Below are positions 24,451 through 36,947 of a stretch of DNA of 49,262 nucleotides, piece by piece. Each line of letters opens with the position of its first letter. Within the stretch, counting starts at the first letter, position 1. Made by a program: the position numbers and the translations under genes. This stretch comes from Octopus bimaculoides (Eukaryota): contig NC_068987.1 of NCBI RefSeq assembly GCF_001194135.2, positions 72,403,031 to 72,452,292 on the forward strand, written 5' to 3'. The notes beneath the pieces were generated by a model. The model ran no database searches, had not been told where the DNA came from, and was given only the letters and a program-made list of their open reading frames with translations.

Positions 24451-25019
24451 GGGGTAGATGTGCGTGTATGTATGTTGTTGTAAATCCATGTGATTCCATT
24501 ATGTCCTTTATGCCAGAAAGGTAAAACCTAGCCATTTGATAAATAGAGATTCATAAAATGATATAAGTTTTGAGCCTGGTATGATCAACTAAAAGCCTTT
24601 GAAGAGTAGAAAAGAATAAAAGAGTATGTCTGACCTTTGACAAGTATTCTATTAAACCATACTTCTTAGCTCAATTAATAAAATAGTTAACATTGATAAA
24701 TCATGTCTTAGATGTTTGCCAAGTCAATCACTTAATCCTTTACAAAATCAATAGATAAACTTCAAAAATTACAACTTATCATGTTTAAGAAAGAATAAAA
24801 ATACTTGAATAAGGAATAAACATTTTCTTTTTTTTACATGATTTCGCCAGAAGGAGAATGGCAACAGACATGACCTTTTCCAAAGCCTTTGTGACTGGTG
24901 AGAAAAAAAGGAACTTCTCAAATGGAGGACTGATCTGATTCTTGGACACAATGTACACCACTAAAAAATTTAAGTGCCAGGTGATACATTTAAAGTATAC
25001 CACCAAAATAATAGAATAC

Positions 25020-25175
25020 CTGTATTCTTTCACACAGTTTCCACCATCCAAATTTCACTCAAAGGCATTGGTTGACACAAGGCTATGGTAGAAGGCACTT
25101 TCCCAAAGTGCTGAGCTGTGGATGTGAACTTATTACCCAGTTGTTGCAAACTTCTTAACCACAAAGCCATGCCTA
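25020..25175 (-). mobile_element. SINE family A
   Basis: CAGTTTCCACCATCCAAATTTCACTCAAAGGCATTGGTTGAC..GGCTATGGTAGAAGGCACTT...CTTAACCACAAAGCCATGCCT. Confidence 0.75.
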
Positions 25176-25418
25176 CAACTTTGTTGTTCATCAAAAATAT
25201 TTTATACATAAAGCAAATAAAATAACAAGATTGAGGCAGTTTATTTGCAAAACAAAACCCCCAAGAAATACCTTCAGTTCGATATTAAGGATTGAGTGTA
25301 GCACATTGAGAAGTTAACTACATAAAAATTATTTTCTGCTGCCAGCCATCAACAGAATCAATCTCTCATACAAGAAAACCAGTCATGCAGAGAACAAACC
25401 TTATTCTAAATAGTCTTG

Positions 25419-25750
25419 GGTAAAGAGTAAAGACCTCCTTTGATCATGAATGACTATAGGATTGCACCTAGAAACTTCCCCTCCATGGCACAAGTCTGGT
25501 CAAGATTGTTTATGGAAGACCAACAACTGCCCATGCATACCAGCCTCCCCTCTCCATGCCACTGATGTTATCCAAGGGAAAGGCAAAGGCTGATACAGCT
25601 TGGCATCAGTGATGTCACAACTCATTTTTACAGTTGAGTGAACTGGAGCAACATGAATAAAGTGTCTTGCTCAAGAACACAACACACAGCCCAGTCCAGG
25701 AATTGAACCCACTACCTTCATTATTGTGAGCTTGATGCTGAGCCGCATGT
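25419..25750 (-). mobile_element. SINE family D, inverted copy
   Basis: Reverse complement of 12316-12646 over the body (GATTGCACCTAGAAA..CCC, ATGGAAGAC, CAAGGGAAAGGCAAAG, CAACTCATTT.TACAG.TGAGTGAACTGGAGCAAC, GTGTCTTGCTCAAGAAC). Confidence 0.85.
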
Positions 25751-25789
25751 TGACAAGGAAACAGTATCAGATACCACATCTATTATCTT

Positions 25790-25969
25790 TATTTGCTTTA
25801 ATCATTATACTGCCGCCATGCTGGGGCACTGCCTTGAAGAATTTTTAGGTGAAGGAATTGACCTTAGTATCTTTTTTTTAAGCCTGGTGCTTATTCTATA
25901 GATCTCTTTTTGCCGAACTGCTAAGTTACAGGGATGTAAGTACACCAACACCGATTGTCAAGTGGTGGT

Positions 25970-26016
<47 letters not shown>

Positions 26017-26218
26017 ATACAACAGGCTTCTTTCAGTTTTTGTGTACCAAATTTACTCACAAGGCTTAGTAAAAGACACTCGGCCAAGGTTATAGTAAAA
26101 GACACTCGCCCAAGGCTATAGTAAAAGACACTTGCAACAAGGTGCCACACAGTGGAATTGAAGCTGGAGTCATGCAGTTGGGAAGCAAGCTTCTTACTAC
26201 ACAGCCAGATCTGTGCCT
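25790..26218 (-). mobile_element. Composite SINE (A head + (CA)n + B tail) with an internal ~26-bp triplication
   Basis: B tail 25790-25970, (CA)n, then the A body with three copies of CAAGG(C/T)TATAGTAAAAGACACT(C/T)G at 26060-26137. Confidence 0.85.
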
Positions 26219-26814
26219 AACAGATTTTAACTTAAAAACTTATCAGCCAGCCAATGCTTTCCTCCAGTAGTTGAACAGAAGAATATGCTGGTAAACTGTA
26301 CACTAAAGAAAAAAATATCATTAGCAATTCTATGAATGAAATTCAGTTGGGTATTCTGAAATGCTGCTATATGTCATTAAATATTCAAAACTACAGAACC
26401 AAAGTGAATAACAAAATAAAGTTCACAGAAATAACAGACACCACTACATGATAACAATACCAAGATGAGACAGGGGAGCATTTACTTGTTCACTCAGACA
26501 GCTAGAAATAGCAGCTAAATCTCCTTTAACACTTTATCTACCATGGAAGTCACTGGTGATTCTCCATGCTATATTCTTATTATGGTACAAAATGTGTCAT
26601 AATTGGTAGAGAAAGTGTTAAAACATGCCTTATCATCTTAGAAACAGAAGGACATGTTGGTTAATGTAGTTCAAGATATGTTATGTTTGAAATGTAAACA
26701 GGATTATTACTGAATGCCATTGACATTTGCTCAAACAGAGCTGACCTGGAGCTGTACAATAACAATATGAAATTTATTTTTCAAAACAAAAAAAAGAAAA
26801 AGCATTACAAAGGT

Positions 26815-28048
26815 GTAGACATGACTGTGTGGTAAGAAGCTTATTTCCCAACCACATAATTCCGGGTTCAGTCCCATTGTGTGGCAACCTTGGGCAAGTG
26901 TCTTCTACTATAACCTTGGGTCAACCAAAGCCTTGTAAGTGGATTTGGTAGATGGAAACTGAAAGAAGCCCGTCATATATTATATACAGGGTGCGGCAGA
27001 AATACCTCCCACATTTTAAACTTTCACCTATGTGTTGCTAATGAACTTATGCAAGTGCTAATGATGTTTTCATTTAGCTAATGAACAAAAACTGTAACCC
27101 TTTGTTTAAACAACANNNNNNNNNNNNNNNNNNNNNNNNNNNNNNNNNNNNNNNNNNNNNNNNNNNNNNNNNNNNNNNNNNNNNNNNNNNNNNNNNNNNN
27201 NNNNNNNNNNNNNNNNNNNNNNNNNNNNNNNNNNNNNNNNNNNNNNNNNNNNNNNNNNNNNNNNNNNNNNNNNNNNNNNNNNNNNNNNNNNNNNNNNNNN
27301 NNNNNNNNNNNNNNNNNNNNNNNNNNNNNNNNNNNNNNNNNNNNNNNNNNNNNNNNNNNNNNNNNNNNNNNNNNNNNNNNNNNNNNNNNNNNNNNNNNNN
27401 NNNNNNNNNNNNNNNNNNNNNNNNNNNNNNNNNNNNNNNNNNNNNNNNNNNNNNNNNNNNNNNNNNNNNNNNNNNNNNNNNNNNNNNNNNNNNNNNNNNN
27501 NNNNNNNNNNNNNNNNNNNNNNNNNNNNNNNNNNNNNNNNNNNNNNNNNNNNNNNNNNNNNNNNNNNNNNNNNNNNNNNNNNNNNNNNNNNNNNNNNNNN
27601 NNNNNNNNNNNNNNNNNNNNNNNNNNNNNNNNNNNNNNNNNNNNNNNNNNNNNNNNNNNNNNNNNNNNNNNNNNNNNNNNNNNNNNNNNNNNNNNNNNNN
27701 NNNNNNNNNNNNNNNNNNNNNNNNNNNNNNNNNNNNNNNNNNNNNNNNNNNNNNNNNNNNNNNNNNNNNNNNNNNNNNNNNNNNNNNNNNNNNNNNTGTG
27801 TGTGTGTGTGTATTTATTTGTGTGTGTGTCTTTGTGTCTGTCCCCTTACCCACCATTGCTTGACAACCGATGTTGATGTGTTTATGTCCCCCATAACTTA
27901 GTGGTTCAGCAAAAGAGTCCAATAGAATAAGTACTAGGCTTACAAAAAATATGTCCTGGGGTCGATTTCTTCAACTAAAACCCTTTAAGGTGGTACTCCA
28001 GCATGGCCACAGTCAAATGACTGAGACAAGTAAAAGAATAAAAGAATA
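26815..28048 (+). mobile_element. Composite SINE A...B interrupted by a Tc1/mariner-like insertion and an assembly gap
   Basis: A head and body 26815-26975, TA|CAGGGTGCGGCAGAAATACC at 26987, gap 27116-27796, then (TG)n and B tail 27797-28048. Confidence 0.7.
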
Positions 28049-28094
28049 CATTTGTTTAAGCCTAACATAAAAAATTATAAAGGTGTCACATATA

Positions 28095-28260
28095 GATATG
28101 AAGTGTGGTTAAGAACATCATTTCCCAACTATATGGTCAAGGGTTCACTGCCACTGTGTGGCACCCTGGGTAAGTGTCTTCTATTGTAACTCCAGCCCTG
28201 TGGGTGGATGTGGTAGACAAAAAACTGAAAGAAGCCCACCATTTGTGTGTGTGTGTGTGT
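28095..28260 (+). mobile_element. SINE family A + (TG)n
   Basis: GTGTGGTTAAG...GGGTTCACTGCCACTGTGTGGCACCCTGGGTAAGTGTCTTCTA...AACTGAAAGAAGCCC. Confidence 0.8.
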
Positions 28261-28414
28261 GTTTATGTTTATGTAAATTAGTATATCATCATCACCATAT
28301 ATATATATTTTTCGCAATGAAAACCGGTTAGAAAAAATCTTTATTAAAATATGCTTCCAGTTCAGCATTCTGGCTTTTTTTCATTTTCCTATATATATAT
28401 ATATATATATATAT

Positions 28415-28559
28415 AAGTATCTTGAGAGAAAAGCTGAACATTAGAAGCATCAGTTGTGGCGTGCAAGAGAGACGATTGCACTGGTATGGACATGTGGTGA
28501 GAATGGATGAGGATAGCTGCGTGAAAAAGTGCCACACCCTAACAGTTGAGGGAACCCGT
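28415..28559 (+). pseudogene. RTE LINE ORF C-terminal fragment, running into a gap
   Basis: LREKLNIRSISCGVQERRLHWYGHVVRMDEDSCVKKCHTLTVEGTR, closely similar to the translation of 37775-37920. Confidence 0.9.
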
Positions 28560-29347
28560 NNNNNNNNNNNNNNNNNNNNNNNNNNNNNNNNNNNNNNNNN
28601 NNNNNNNNNNNNNNNNNNNNNNNNNNNNNNNNNNNNNNNNNNNNNNNNNNNNNNNNNNNNNNNNNNNNNNNNNNNNNNNNNNNNNNNNNNNNNNNNNNNN
28701 NNNNNNNNNNNNNNNNNNNNNNNNNNNNNNNNNNNNNNNNNNNNNNNNNNNNNNNNNNNNNNNNNNNNNNNNNNNNNNNNNNNNNNNNNNNNNNNNNNNN
28801 NNNNNNNNNNNNNNNNNNNNNNNNNNNNNNNNNNNNNNNNNNNNNNNNNNNNNNNNNNNNNNNNNNNNNNNNNNNNNNNNNNNNNNNNNNNNNNNNNNNN
28901 NNNNNNNNNNNNNNNNNNNNNNNNNNNNNNNNNNNNNNNNNNNNNNNNNNNNNNNNNNNNNNNNNNNNNNNNNNNNNNNNNNNNNNNNNNNNNNNNNNNN
29001 NNNNNNNNNNNNNNNNNNNNNNNNNNNNNNNNNNNNNNNNNNNNNNNNNNNNNNNNNNNNNNNNNNNNNNNNNNNNNNNNNNNNNNNNNNNNNNNNNNNN
29101 NNNNNNNNNNNNNNNNNNNNNNNNNNNNNNNNNNNNNNNNNNNNNNNNNNNNNNNNNNNNNNNNNNNNNNNNNNNNNNNNNNNNNNNNNNNNNNNNNNNN
29201 NNNNNNNNNNNNNNNNNNNNNNNNNNNNNNNNNNNNNNNNNNNNNNNNNNNNNNNNNNNNNNNNNNNNNNNNNNNNNNNNNNNNNNNNNNNNNGCTTTAG
29301 TCAAATAAATCAAGCCCAGGACTGTTATATATATAAAATGGTGTGTG

Positions 29348-29379
<32 letters not shown>

Positions 29380-29772
29380 TGCGTGTGTGTGTGTGTGTGT
29401 GTGTGTGTACACACACACCCTTGTTTTGGTGTCATGGTTGTTTGTTTTCTATCTACTGTGAAAAGATGTCTAGTCACAGCAAATTTGCCTCAACAAATTC
29501 CTTGACAAATTGACCCATGCAAGCATGGAAAAGAAGATGTTATATTATGATAATGATAATGAAATTATTGTATGAATTATGATAATGAGTTATAAATTAC
29601 AGAAAAATAAAAACTGTACCATGTGGAATAAATACCATTCCACTGTTTCTAAATAATTAGAATGACAGATTAGTAGAAGGTTAGAATATTGGCTGACTTT
29701 TGTATTTTAAATTCAATTCTCATTGCAGAGCATGAGAACATCATCATCATCATCATGCATGTGTGTGTATAT

Positions 29773-29805
<33 letters not shown>

Positions 29806-29832
29806 TATATGTATATATATATATACACATAC

Positions 29833-29879
<47 letters not shown>

Positions 29880-29881
<2 letters not shown>

Positions 29882-30062
29882 CAGTGTCATGTAAATGGCA
29901 CCTGTTACACTCTCGGAGTGATTGGCCTTAGGAAGGGCATCCAACCATAGAAACCATGCCAAATCATACTGGAACCTGGTGCAGCCCTCTGGTTTACCAG
30001 TTCCAGTCTAGCCATCTAACCCATGCCAGCATGGAAAGCAAACATTAAATGATGATGATGAT
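29880..30062 (+). mobile_element. RTE 3'-end short copy (family F); others at ~34107-34235, ~34350-34530, ~24010-24180 (minus) and ~45055-45210 (minus)
   Basis: TAGGAAGGGCATCCA.CC.TAGAAACCATGCCA...CTGGTGCAGCC...ACCCATGCCAGCATGGAAAG...(GAT)n, matching 38361-38516. Confidence 0.85.
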
Positions 30063-30074
30063 ACACACACACAT

Positions 30075-30235
30075 TTAGGACAAGTTTCATTCAGTTTCTG
30101 TCCATTAAATCTTGTTGGAAGGCTTTTGTCAACCTGGGGCTATAGTAGAAGATACTTGTCCAAGGTGCCATACAGTGGGACTGAACCCAAGACCACTTGG
30201 TTGGGAAGCTTCTTAACCACACAGCTAGTTCTGAG
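30075..30235 (-). mobile_element. SINE family A; further minus copies at ~31870-32020, ~43915-44085 and ~48195-48295, and a plus copy at ~23550-23680
   Basis: TTTCAGTTTC...GGCTATAGTAGAAGA.ACTTG.CCAAGGTGCCA..CAGTGGGACTGAACCC...GGAAGC..CTT.ACCACACAGC. Confidence 0.85.
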
Positions 30236-31079
30236 CCAGTAGATATTATTAGTTCAATGTTACTTGATTTTCTTTGTCTTTTTGTTTTTTTTCAAGTTGT
30301 TGACCTATATTACATAATTTTATGGCACGCATAGAAAGCAGAAAGTAGATTCACATTAACTGACACAGTTTAAATTTTCATAAATTAGAAACATTTCACT
30401 TGTGTCACTAATAACTTTTAGGGATAGTACTAACGCCATAATATAAAAAAAAGAAAAAAAAATCTTTCCTCTCTTCTAAACTTGACTTTGTGCCAAGGCA
30501 AAAAGAAATTGGTATTATAACACTCTGGAACAAAGTATTCATTGCACAATGTTAACAGTTTCTTTTGATTAAATCAAATGACAAGTTTTCAACAAATGGT
30601 TATAGTTCATAAGTAAAATTTAGTATATTGCTGGTTCTTATTTTAAACATAAGTAGATTAATTCATAGAATTAAATTACATTTTAAATTATTGTTTTGAC
30701 ATGGTATATTATTATTATCATTATATATTATCATTAAGGCAAGGAGCTGGTTAGCAGCAGATGTGCCACCAAAGTATTTTCAGTGGGCCTTGTACCATTT
30801 AAAAATATTTTCCAAACTTAACAGATTTCTGGGCCATCAAGCACTTTATGGCCTTTTTAAATTAGACTTTTTTAGAACAATTTGCTTAACTTTTGTTTAT
30901 ATAAGCATTAGTAGTGATGGAAATAAAGAGATTAGAAGGGGTATCTTTATAAGTAAGATACATGAGAAAATGTAAAAAAAAAAAAGGGTCCTTACAAAAG
31001 GAATTGGCTGGTCCCTAGTCTAGACTATATCTGAACTAAGACCAACCCATAAGGAACAACTGTTAAAATCCCAAGCCTT

Positions 31080-31490
31080 GACACAAGTTAAACACAACCT
31101 TGTTGGTGGTGCCCAGTTAGAATTTTCTTCAGGTCGAGTAGTCCACCCTGCTCAAAAGGTCCCTGAATAAGGTTTCTTTTAAGGGTGATGAGCAAAACAC
31201 CCATGTTTCCAGAGGTGAATTATTCAAACTCCAAAGAATCCCTCTCAACACATGGCTGCGATGCTCTCCCACTACTTCTGCTCATGATCAGAGATGCACA
31301 TATCGTCAGCCACCAAGGGACATGCTCGACTGGTTAAAGTCAAGCAACTAACAAGCAAATCTGTGGTATTGAGCAGAATATTTGCAGGAGTTCATCTTTT
31401 ATACCAAGACAAAACAAAGCACATAACAATTCCAATCAGTTAAGATCAAAAGCCATGAGAGCCACTGCCTGGTACTGCATCAGGGCATTT
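31080..31490 (-). repeat. Dispersed repeat family E, long copy
   Basis: Shares ~170 bp (inverted) with 3080-3260; the class cannot be determined from sequence alone. Confidence 0.7.
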
Positions 31491-32692
31491 ATTATTATTA
31501 TATATTACTTTCTGAGATCTGCGAGACCAAAACAAATGTATAAAGATATAAACAAATGGCTGTAGATAATTGAGCAATATAGTCCTGAAAATAACATGGA
31601 TATTTTGCAAGCAATAGCTCATAACCTTCATCATTATTGAAGCTTTTAGTAATATTTTTATGTTTTACTGTACTTGTTATTTTATCTTTATTCAATGTTT
31701 TATTTTTTTCTAATATCAGGAGTGAAATTACCAGTCACCCACCTGCACCCATATCAATGCTTTTTATAGGACACCTTGATTTTAGGATCTCAATTCTGTT
31801 GTGGTGGGCAGGTATTTTTGAGTACAGCAGTGTGCCCCAACTTATACACACACACACACACACACACACATATATGACAGTGTTCTTTCAGTTTCCATCT
31901 GCCAAATCCACTCATAAGGTTTTGGTCAGCCCAAGGCTATGGTAGAAGAAACTTGCCCAAGATGACATGCAGTGGGACTTAACCCAGAACCATGTGGTTG
32001 GGAAGGAAGCTTCTTATTACTAACTTCCCACCCTCTTTTTTTTTTAAAGAAAAACTACATAATGGTCACTACAACATATGGAAACATTAACTAAGTCTGG
32101 AAAGTTTAAATATACAGAATGGCAGAAAAAAGTTAACAACTAATGAGAATATAAATGAAAGTTAATGAGCAAAGAATGAAAACAAACAAATCAAAATTAA
32201 ACATTCTCACAACTATTAAGTAGTTTTGTAGTTTCTAACTTCATATATAATAAAATAGCAAAACCAGCTTAAATAAAAAGAAAAAAAAAGTACTAAATGT
32301 TCTCAGCATGGATAACAGGACACAAATCAAAAACCAGTTTCTCATGTGAAATAGAAACAAAAGTGATAACAGCCATTTAAAACTAATGAAATATATTGTG
32401 TATGATTAAATCACAATGACTTCTTTATTTGCCACAAGGGCCAGCCATGGATGGAAAGACATTACAAGAACAAATTACAAGGGATTTGCACAGAATTGAT
32501 AAAGAAAAAACAGACATGGTAAACAACAACACGCAAAAATAAGATGCCCTAATTATACGAGAAACTTCTATCAAAGACCAGTAAAGAATTACTATGGGCC
32601 AAGGACTATAATCATTATCAAGTATAAGCATCCCTTCTTGAAAGGCTGTGTTGACATACATGTGAGCCATCACCATGTTGTGTTAGTTAGAC

Positions 32693-32926
32693 CAGTGTTT
32701 CACAACCTTTTGATTCCTATTATACTCTACTGAACCTCTATAGCCATTCAATGTGTATATAAAAATCCTATTATATTTTCATAATTAATTATTAGGTATT
32801 GTATTAAAAATTTGTTAAAATAGTTTTTTGTGTATTGTAGAAGTCTAACCAAGTCATTAGAGTGAACTTTAACAAAATTTTATGTGGACTCCCAAAGGCC
32901 ATATAGACCCCGGTTGAGAACCACTG
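32693..32926. mobile_element. hAT-type MITE with 8-bp TSD
   Basis: TIRs CAGTGTTTCACAACC / GGTTGAGAACCACTG; flanks AGTTAGAC (32685-32692) and TGTTAGAC (32927-32934), a 7/8 match. Confidence 0.85.
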
Positions 32927-33879
32927 TGTTAGACAAGCAGAAAGCAAGATGGTTGGTACAGAACTTAAGGAACATAAAGTGGGAACACTCATTAACAAAG
33001 ACATGTCAGTAGGTTTGCAGTTTGGCCCCTGAAGAGGCAAATCCATTCCAGTTAGTGTAGTAGGTTGCTGACTCAATACTCCTGTTTGAATTCTGGATTG
33101 GGTCAAACTTTCAAGTGGACAGGAAATAAGATGAATTTACTGACATCTGGAATGTTTTCAGGCACTCATAGTTCTCCAGCAATCAGAGGATACCCAGTGG
33201 ACAAGAGTGACAAACAGACCCAGTTACCTGCTGAGTCCATCTCAAGGATCACCCCTTTTGGCTGAAAAATCAGGAAGGTTTCCCCAGTGGGAGGCTCTAA
33301 CGAAAGGCACTGTATGGTGGACAAGACTGAAAGACTACGAACAGACACTTTATTCTTCAGTAGAGCCTTCATCAATTGAAGTTCCACTTAGTCAGAAAAG
33401 TGAGGATGGAAAGAGAGAGAGGTGTTGTTCTCCACTAAATTTGTTAAAAGCTCAAGGATAATAATGAGAACTTCCCATCTGAATGGACCTCCTCTCAATA
33501 TGTGTCTGTAAGTCAGTCAATATAGTAGGGAGATTTTTGATATAAGCTCAAAGCTGCAAATTTCGAAGCTGAAACTGAATTAATTAAATTCCCCTCAGTA
33601 CTTGACTGTTACTTATTTCATTAGTTGTGGAAGAATGAAAGACAAAATCAGTTCTTACAATAGTGATACTAATTTCTTACTTGGGTACTGAGCCAAAAAT
33701 TTTCAAGAAGGACATAGTTGGTTAGATTGATTTCAGTTCTACCTAACTCTAAAAGGGTGAAAGGAAAAGTCAAACGTCTGCAGGGTTTGAACTCAGAATC
33801 TATAGAGATGCAATCAAAAGCTGTAAAACATTGTCAGATTCTCTACCAATTCTTTATCCAATACCCTGGCAATATTAAT

Positions 33880-34092
33880 GATAAGAGCTGACAGAATCAT
33901 TAGAATGGAAAGCAAAATGTTTGGCTGCATTTCATCTGTCTTTACATTTTGAGTTCAAATTCCGCTGAGGTCAATTTTGCGTTCATCCTTTTGGGAGACA
34001 ATAAAATAAATACCAGTTGAATGTTGGAGTCAATGTAATCAATGTGTACTTTCCTCTGAAATTGCTGGCCTTGTGCCAAAATTTGAAACCAA
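33880..34092 (+). mobile_element. Deu/Nin-domain-like tRNA SINE, with an inverted relative at ~33690-33880
   Basis: GAGCTGACAGAATCATTAG...GAGTTCAAATTCCGCTGAGGTCAATTTTGCGTTCATCCTTTTGGG...ATAAAATAAATACCAGTTG. Confidence 0.7.
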
Positions 34093-35389
34093 TATTATAA
34101 ATAGGAGTGGTTGGCAGTAGGAAGGGCATCCAGCCATAGAAAACCATGCCAAATCAGACTGGAGACTGGTGCAGCCTTCCAGCATTCCAGTTCAATCAAA
34201 TCATCCAACCCATGCCAGCATGGACAACAGATGTAAAAAAAGAAAAAAAAAAAGAACACCCAGCATAATTACAGAAAATTTTATATTCTACTTTATTCTA
34301 ACAAGCACACCACCTTTAGGAGGCTAATATTTCAGTGCTACATGGAAAGCACTCAGTACACTGTAAAGTGGTTGGCATTAAGAAAGGCATCCAGTCATAG
34401 AAACCATGTCAAAGCAGATAAATGGAGCCTGGTGTACCTCTCTAGCTTGCCAGCTTCTGTCAAACCATCCAACTCATGCCAGCATGAAAGACAGATTCTA
34501 AATAATGATGATGATTTTGATGATGATGATAACAATGATATCTTCTATAACTATAATTTATTTTAAATCTTGAGGAGACTTCAAGGAAATTTCCATTTTA
34601 GTTCATTTTTATCTTTGATTTCAGCCATTGTAGCCATATTATGTGTGTATGTCCCAAAATGGAAGCTGAGCAACAACGCACGGCTCTCACATTCCTCTCT
34701 CTCTCTCAATTGCTATCTCTGATTTGAACATTTCACAACAATCATTGCACATTTAGTAGCTGCTATTCATTTCCTGCCATTGGTATTTCCTTATTTATTT
34801 CCTTTCAATTATACTCTAATATATGGACATTGGACAGACATACAGTAGTAATCTCATGTTCATGAAGTGTTATTCCAGTGCTACTCTTTCAACTGGTTGT
34901 GACATGTCAGAAACCTTTAACATTTAAAAGTAATATAGAATTACAATAACAACACTAATAATATGAACTAAGCACATTTGAACAAAGTGTTGATATGCTC
35001 ACAGATAGCATATGAAGGAGGAGTTTTAAAAATGTAAGAAACCAATCCTTTTATATTTTTCACATACATTTTATATCCACATCAATGCTTTACTTTAGGT
35101 GTTTTCACCACTCAAGATTGTGTAAACAATCGATTAATTGAATTCAACAGTAATAGCAATTGTGATGACCTGACGTAGGCATAAAATCACAAATGTTGGA
35201 GGAAGGGTTAACTGGATTTGCACTTATTGACATCAGAAGGATAAAAGGAGAGTTGAGACCTCCAGGATTTGGATTCAGAATGTAACAAGATAAAGTGTCA
35301 CTGAGGAGGTCTAATAAGACAAAAACCTGGCAACTGCTTTCACTAATCAGCTGTAAAATCTTGATTCACTCTAGTCTGTAATGTCTATA

Positions 35390-36058
35390 TTTGATTCTCA
35401 ACCAACCAAGGTCATATATATGATTTTGTTGTTAAAATTGGTCTGCAATAAATTGGTTATGCTTCTACAATACATCAAATATATTTTATCTGTTATCTTT
35501 TACTTGTTTCAGTCATTAGACTGCAGCCATGCTGGGGCACTGCCTTGAGTTTTTAGCTGAATGAGTGAATCGACTCCAGTACTTCTTTTTTGAGCCTGGA
35601 ACTTATTCTATCAGTCTCTTTGTCAAACTGCTAGGCTATAGGGATGCAAACACACCAATACCAGTTGTCAAGCAGTGACAGGGAGGCAAACAGATACAAA
35701 GACACACACACACATAGATATATATTCACATATATACAACCGGCTTCTTTCAGTTTCCGTCTATCAAATTCACTCACAAGATTTTGGTCGGCCTGAGGCT
35801 ATAGTAGAAGACACTTGCTCAAGGTGCCACACAGTGGGACCGAACCTGGAACCATGTGTTTGAGAAGCAAGCTTCTTACCACACAGCCATGCCTGCACCT
35901 AATTTTAACAATTTTTTATATAATTCTTAATATCATTTAATTATAAAAATATAATGTTTTTTAAACATCAAATGGCTAGAAGGGCCCATCCAAGTAAAAT
36001 AAGAATCAAAGGGTAAAAAAAAATCATCGGTAGAAAAAAAAAAGGTTACGAAACACTG
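35390..36058. mobile_element. hAT MITE (same family as 32693-32926, inverted) split by a nested composite SINE
   Basis: TGATTCTCAACC...TTCTACAATAC..TATTTTA (35390-35490) and AATTTTAACAATTTTT...GGTTACGAAACACTG (35901-36058) match the two halves of the 32693 element. Confidence 0.65.
35497..35900 (-). mobile_element. Composite SINE A+B, full length; a similar copy lies at ~39955-40300 (minus)
   Basis: CTTTTACTTGTTTCAGTCA...GCCATGCTGGGGCAC...(CA)n...TTCTTTCAGTTTCCGTCT...CTTACCACACAGCCATGCCTGC. Confidence 0.9.
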
Positions 36059-36947
36059 GTCTACATTATCTAAGAATTTTGATTGACTGACATTACTGGA
36101 GTTAACCCGCTTAAGAGTTTTTGTCTACTATTTGCTTAGTAGACTTTCTTGATACTTTAACTAATTTTATTACAATTTGAGACACTGAATGTAGCAATGG
36201 GCAAAATACTGCTAAGCATTTCATTCAGCATGCTGATGATTCTGGCAGCTCACTGCCTCAATGATAGTAATAATAATAATAATTTCCAGCATAGATGCAA
36301 TTCTACAAATTATTGGGAAGGGTAGGGTTGATTATTTTTTAATATAAAATATATTAGACGATGAAAGAGCTAATAGTGATTCTAGTGTCTGCAGCCCCAA
36401 ATAGGCTCATAACATTAATTGAAGTGCAGATATTCAGGGTGAATATCTGCAAGAAAAATGTGAAGAGAAAAGACTGTGGAAATATGGTCCAAATGCTTGC
36501 AACAGAATAAATCTACTCGAGATAATTTGATAATATGAAATGCGAAGTTGACCTTGGGACAATTTAAATTAATGCAAAGAAATGTCTCTTGTCCTCAGTA
36601 TCTTCCAAACTATAACAAGAAGGATTGCTAATTTAAACAGAAAATTGAGGAGAGGAACAATTGATTAAATCAACCCCAGTACTTGACTGGTGCTTCATTT
36701 TATCAACTCTGGAAGGCTGAAAGGAAAAGATGACCTGCCAGAATTTGAACATAAAATGTCAAGAGCTGGATCAAATTCAAGAGCCAACAGATAATTTGCT
36801 CAACTAACAGTAGAATTAAGAATATCCAACCATAACTGCTTGTTACTTATAAGGATGCATCTATGTGGACACTTGACCAGCTAAAAATAGCAGCTGAATC
36901 TCCCTCAAATCATATCCAACAGCTTTAAAATGTGAAGGATATACCAA

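Noticed and set aside
26060-26137. CRISPR-like direct repeats
   Set aside because: The units are adjacent with no spacers and derive from a SINE body; the context is eukaryotic and no cas genes are present.
13418-29505. Long ORFs of 100-320 aa (13418, 27074, 27081, 28450, 28546)
   Set aside because: They are open only because they run through N gaps; only the RTE start of the 28422 ORF is real sequence homology.
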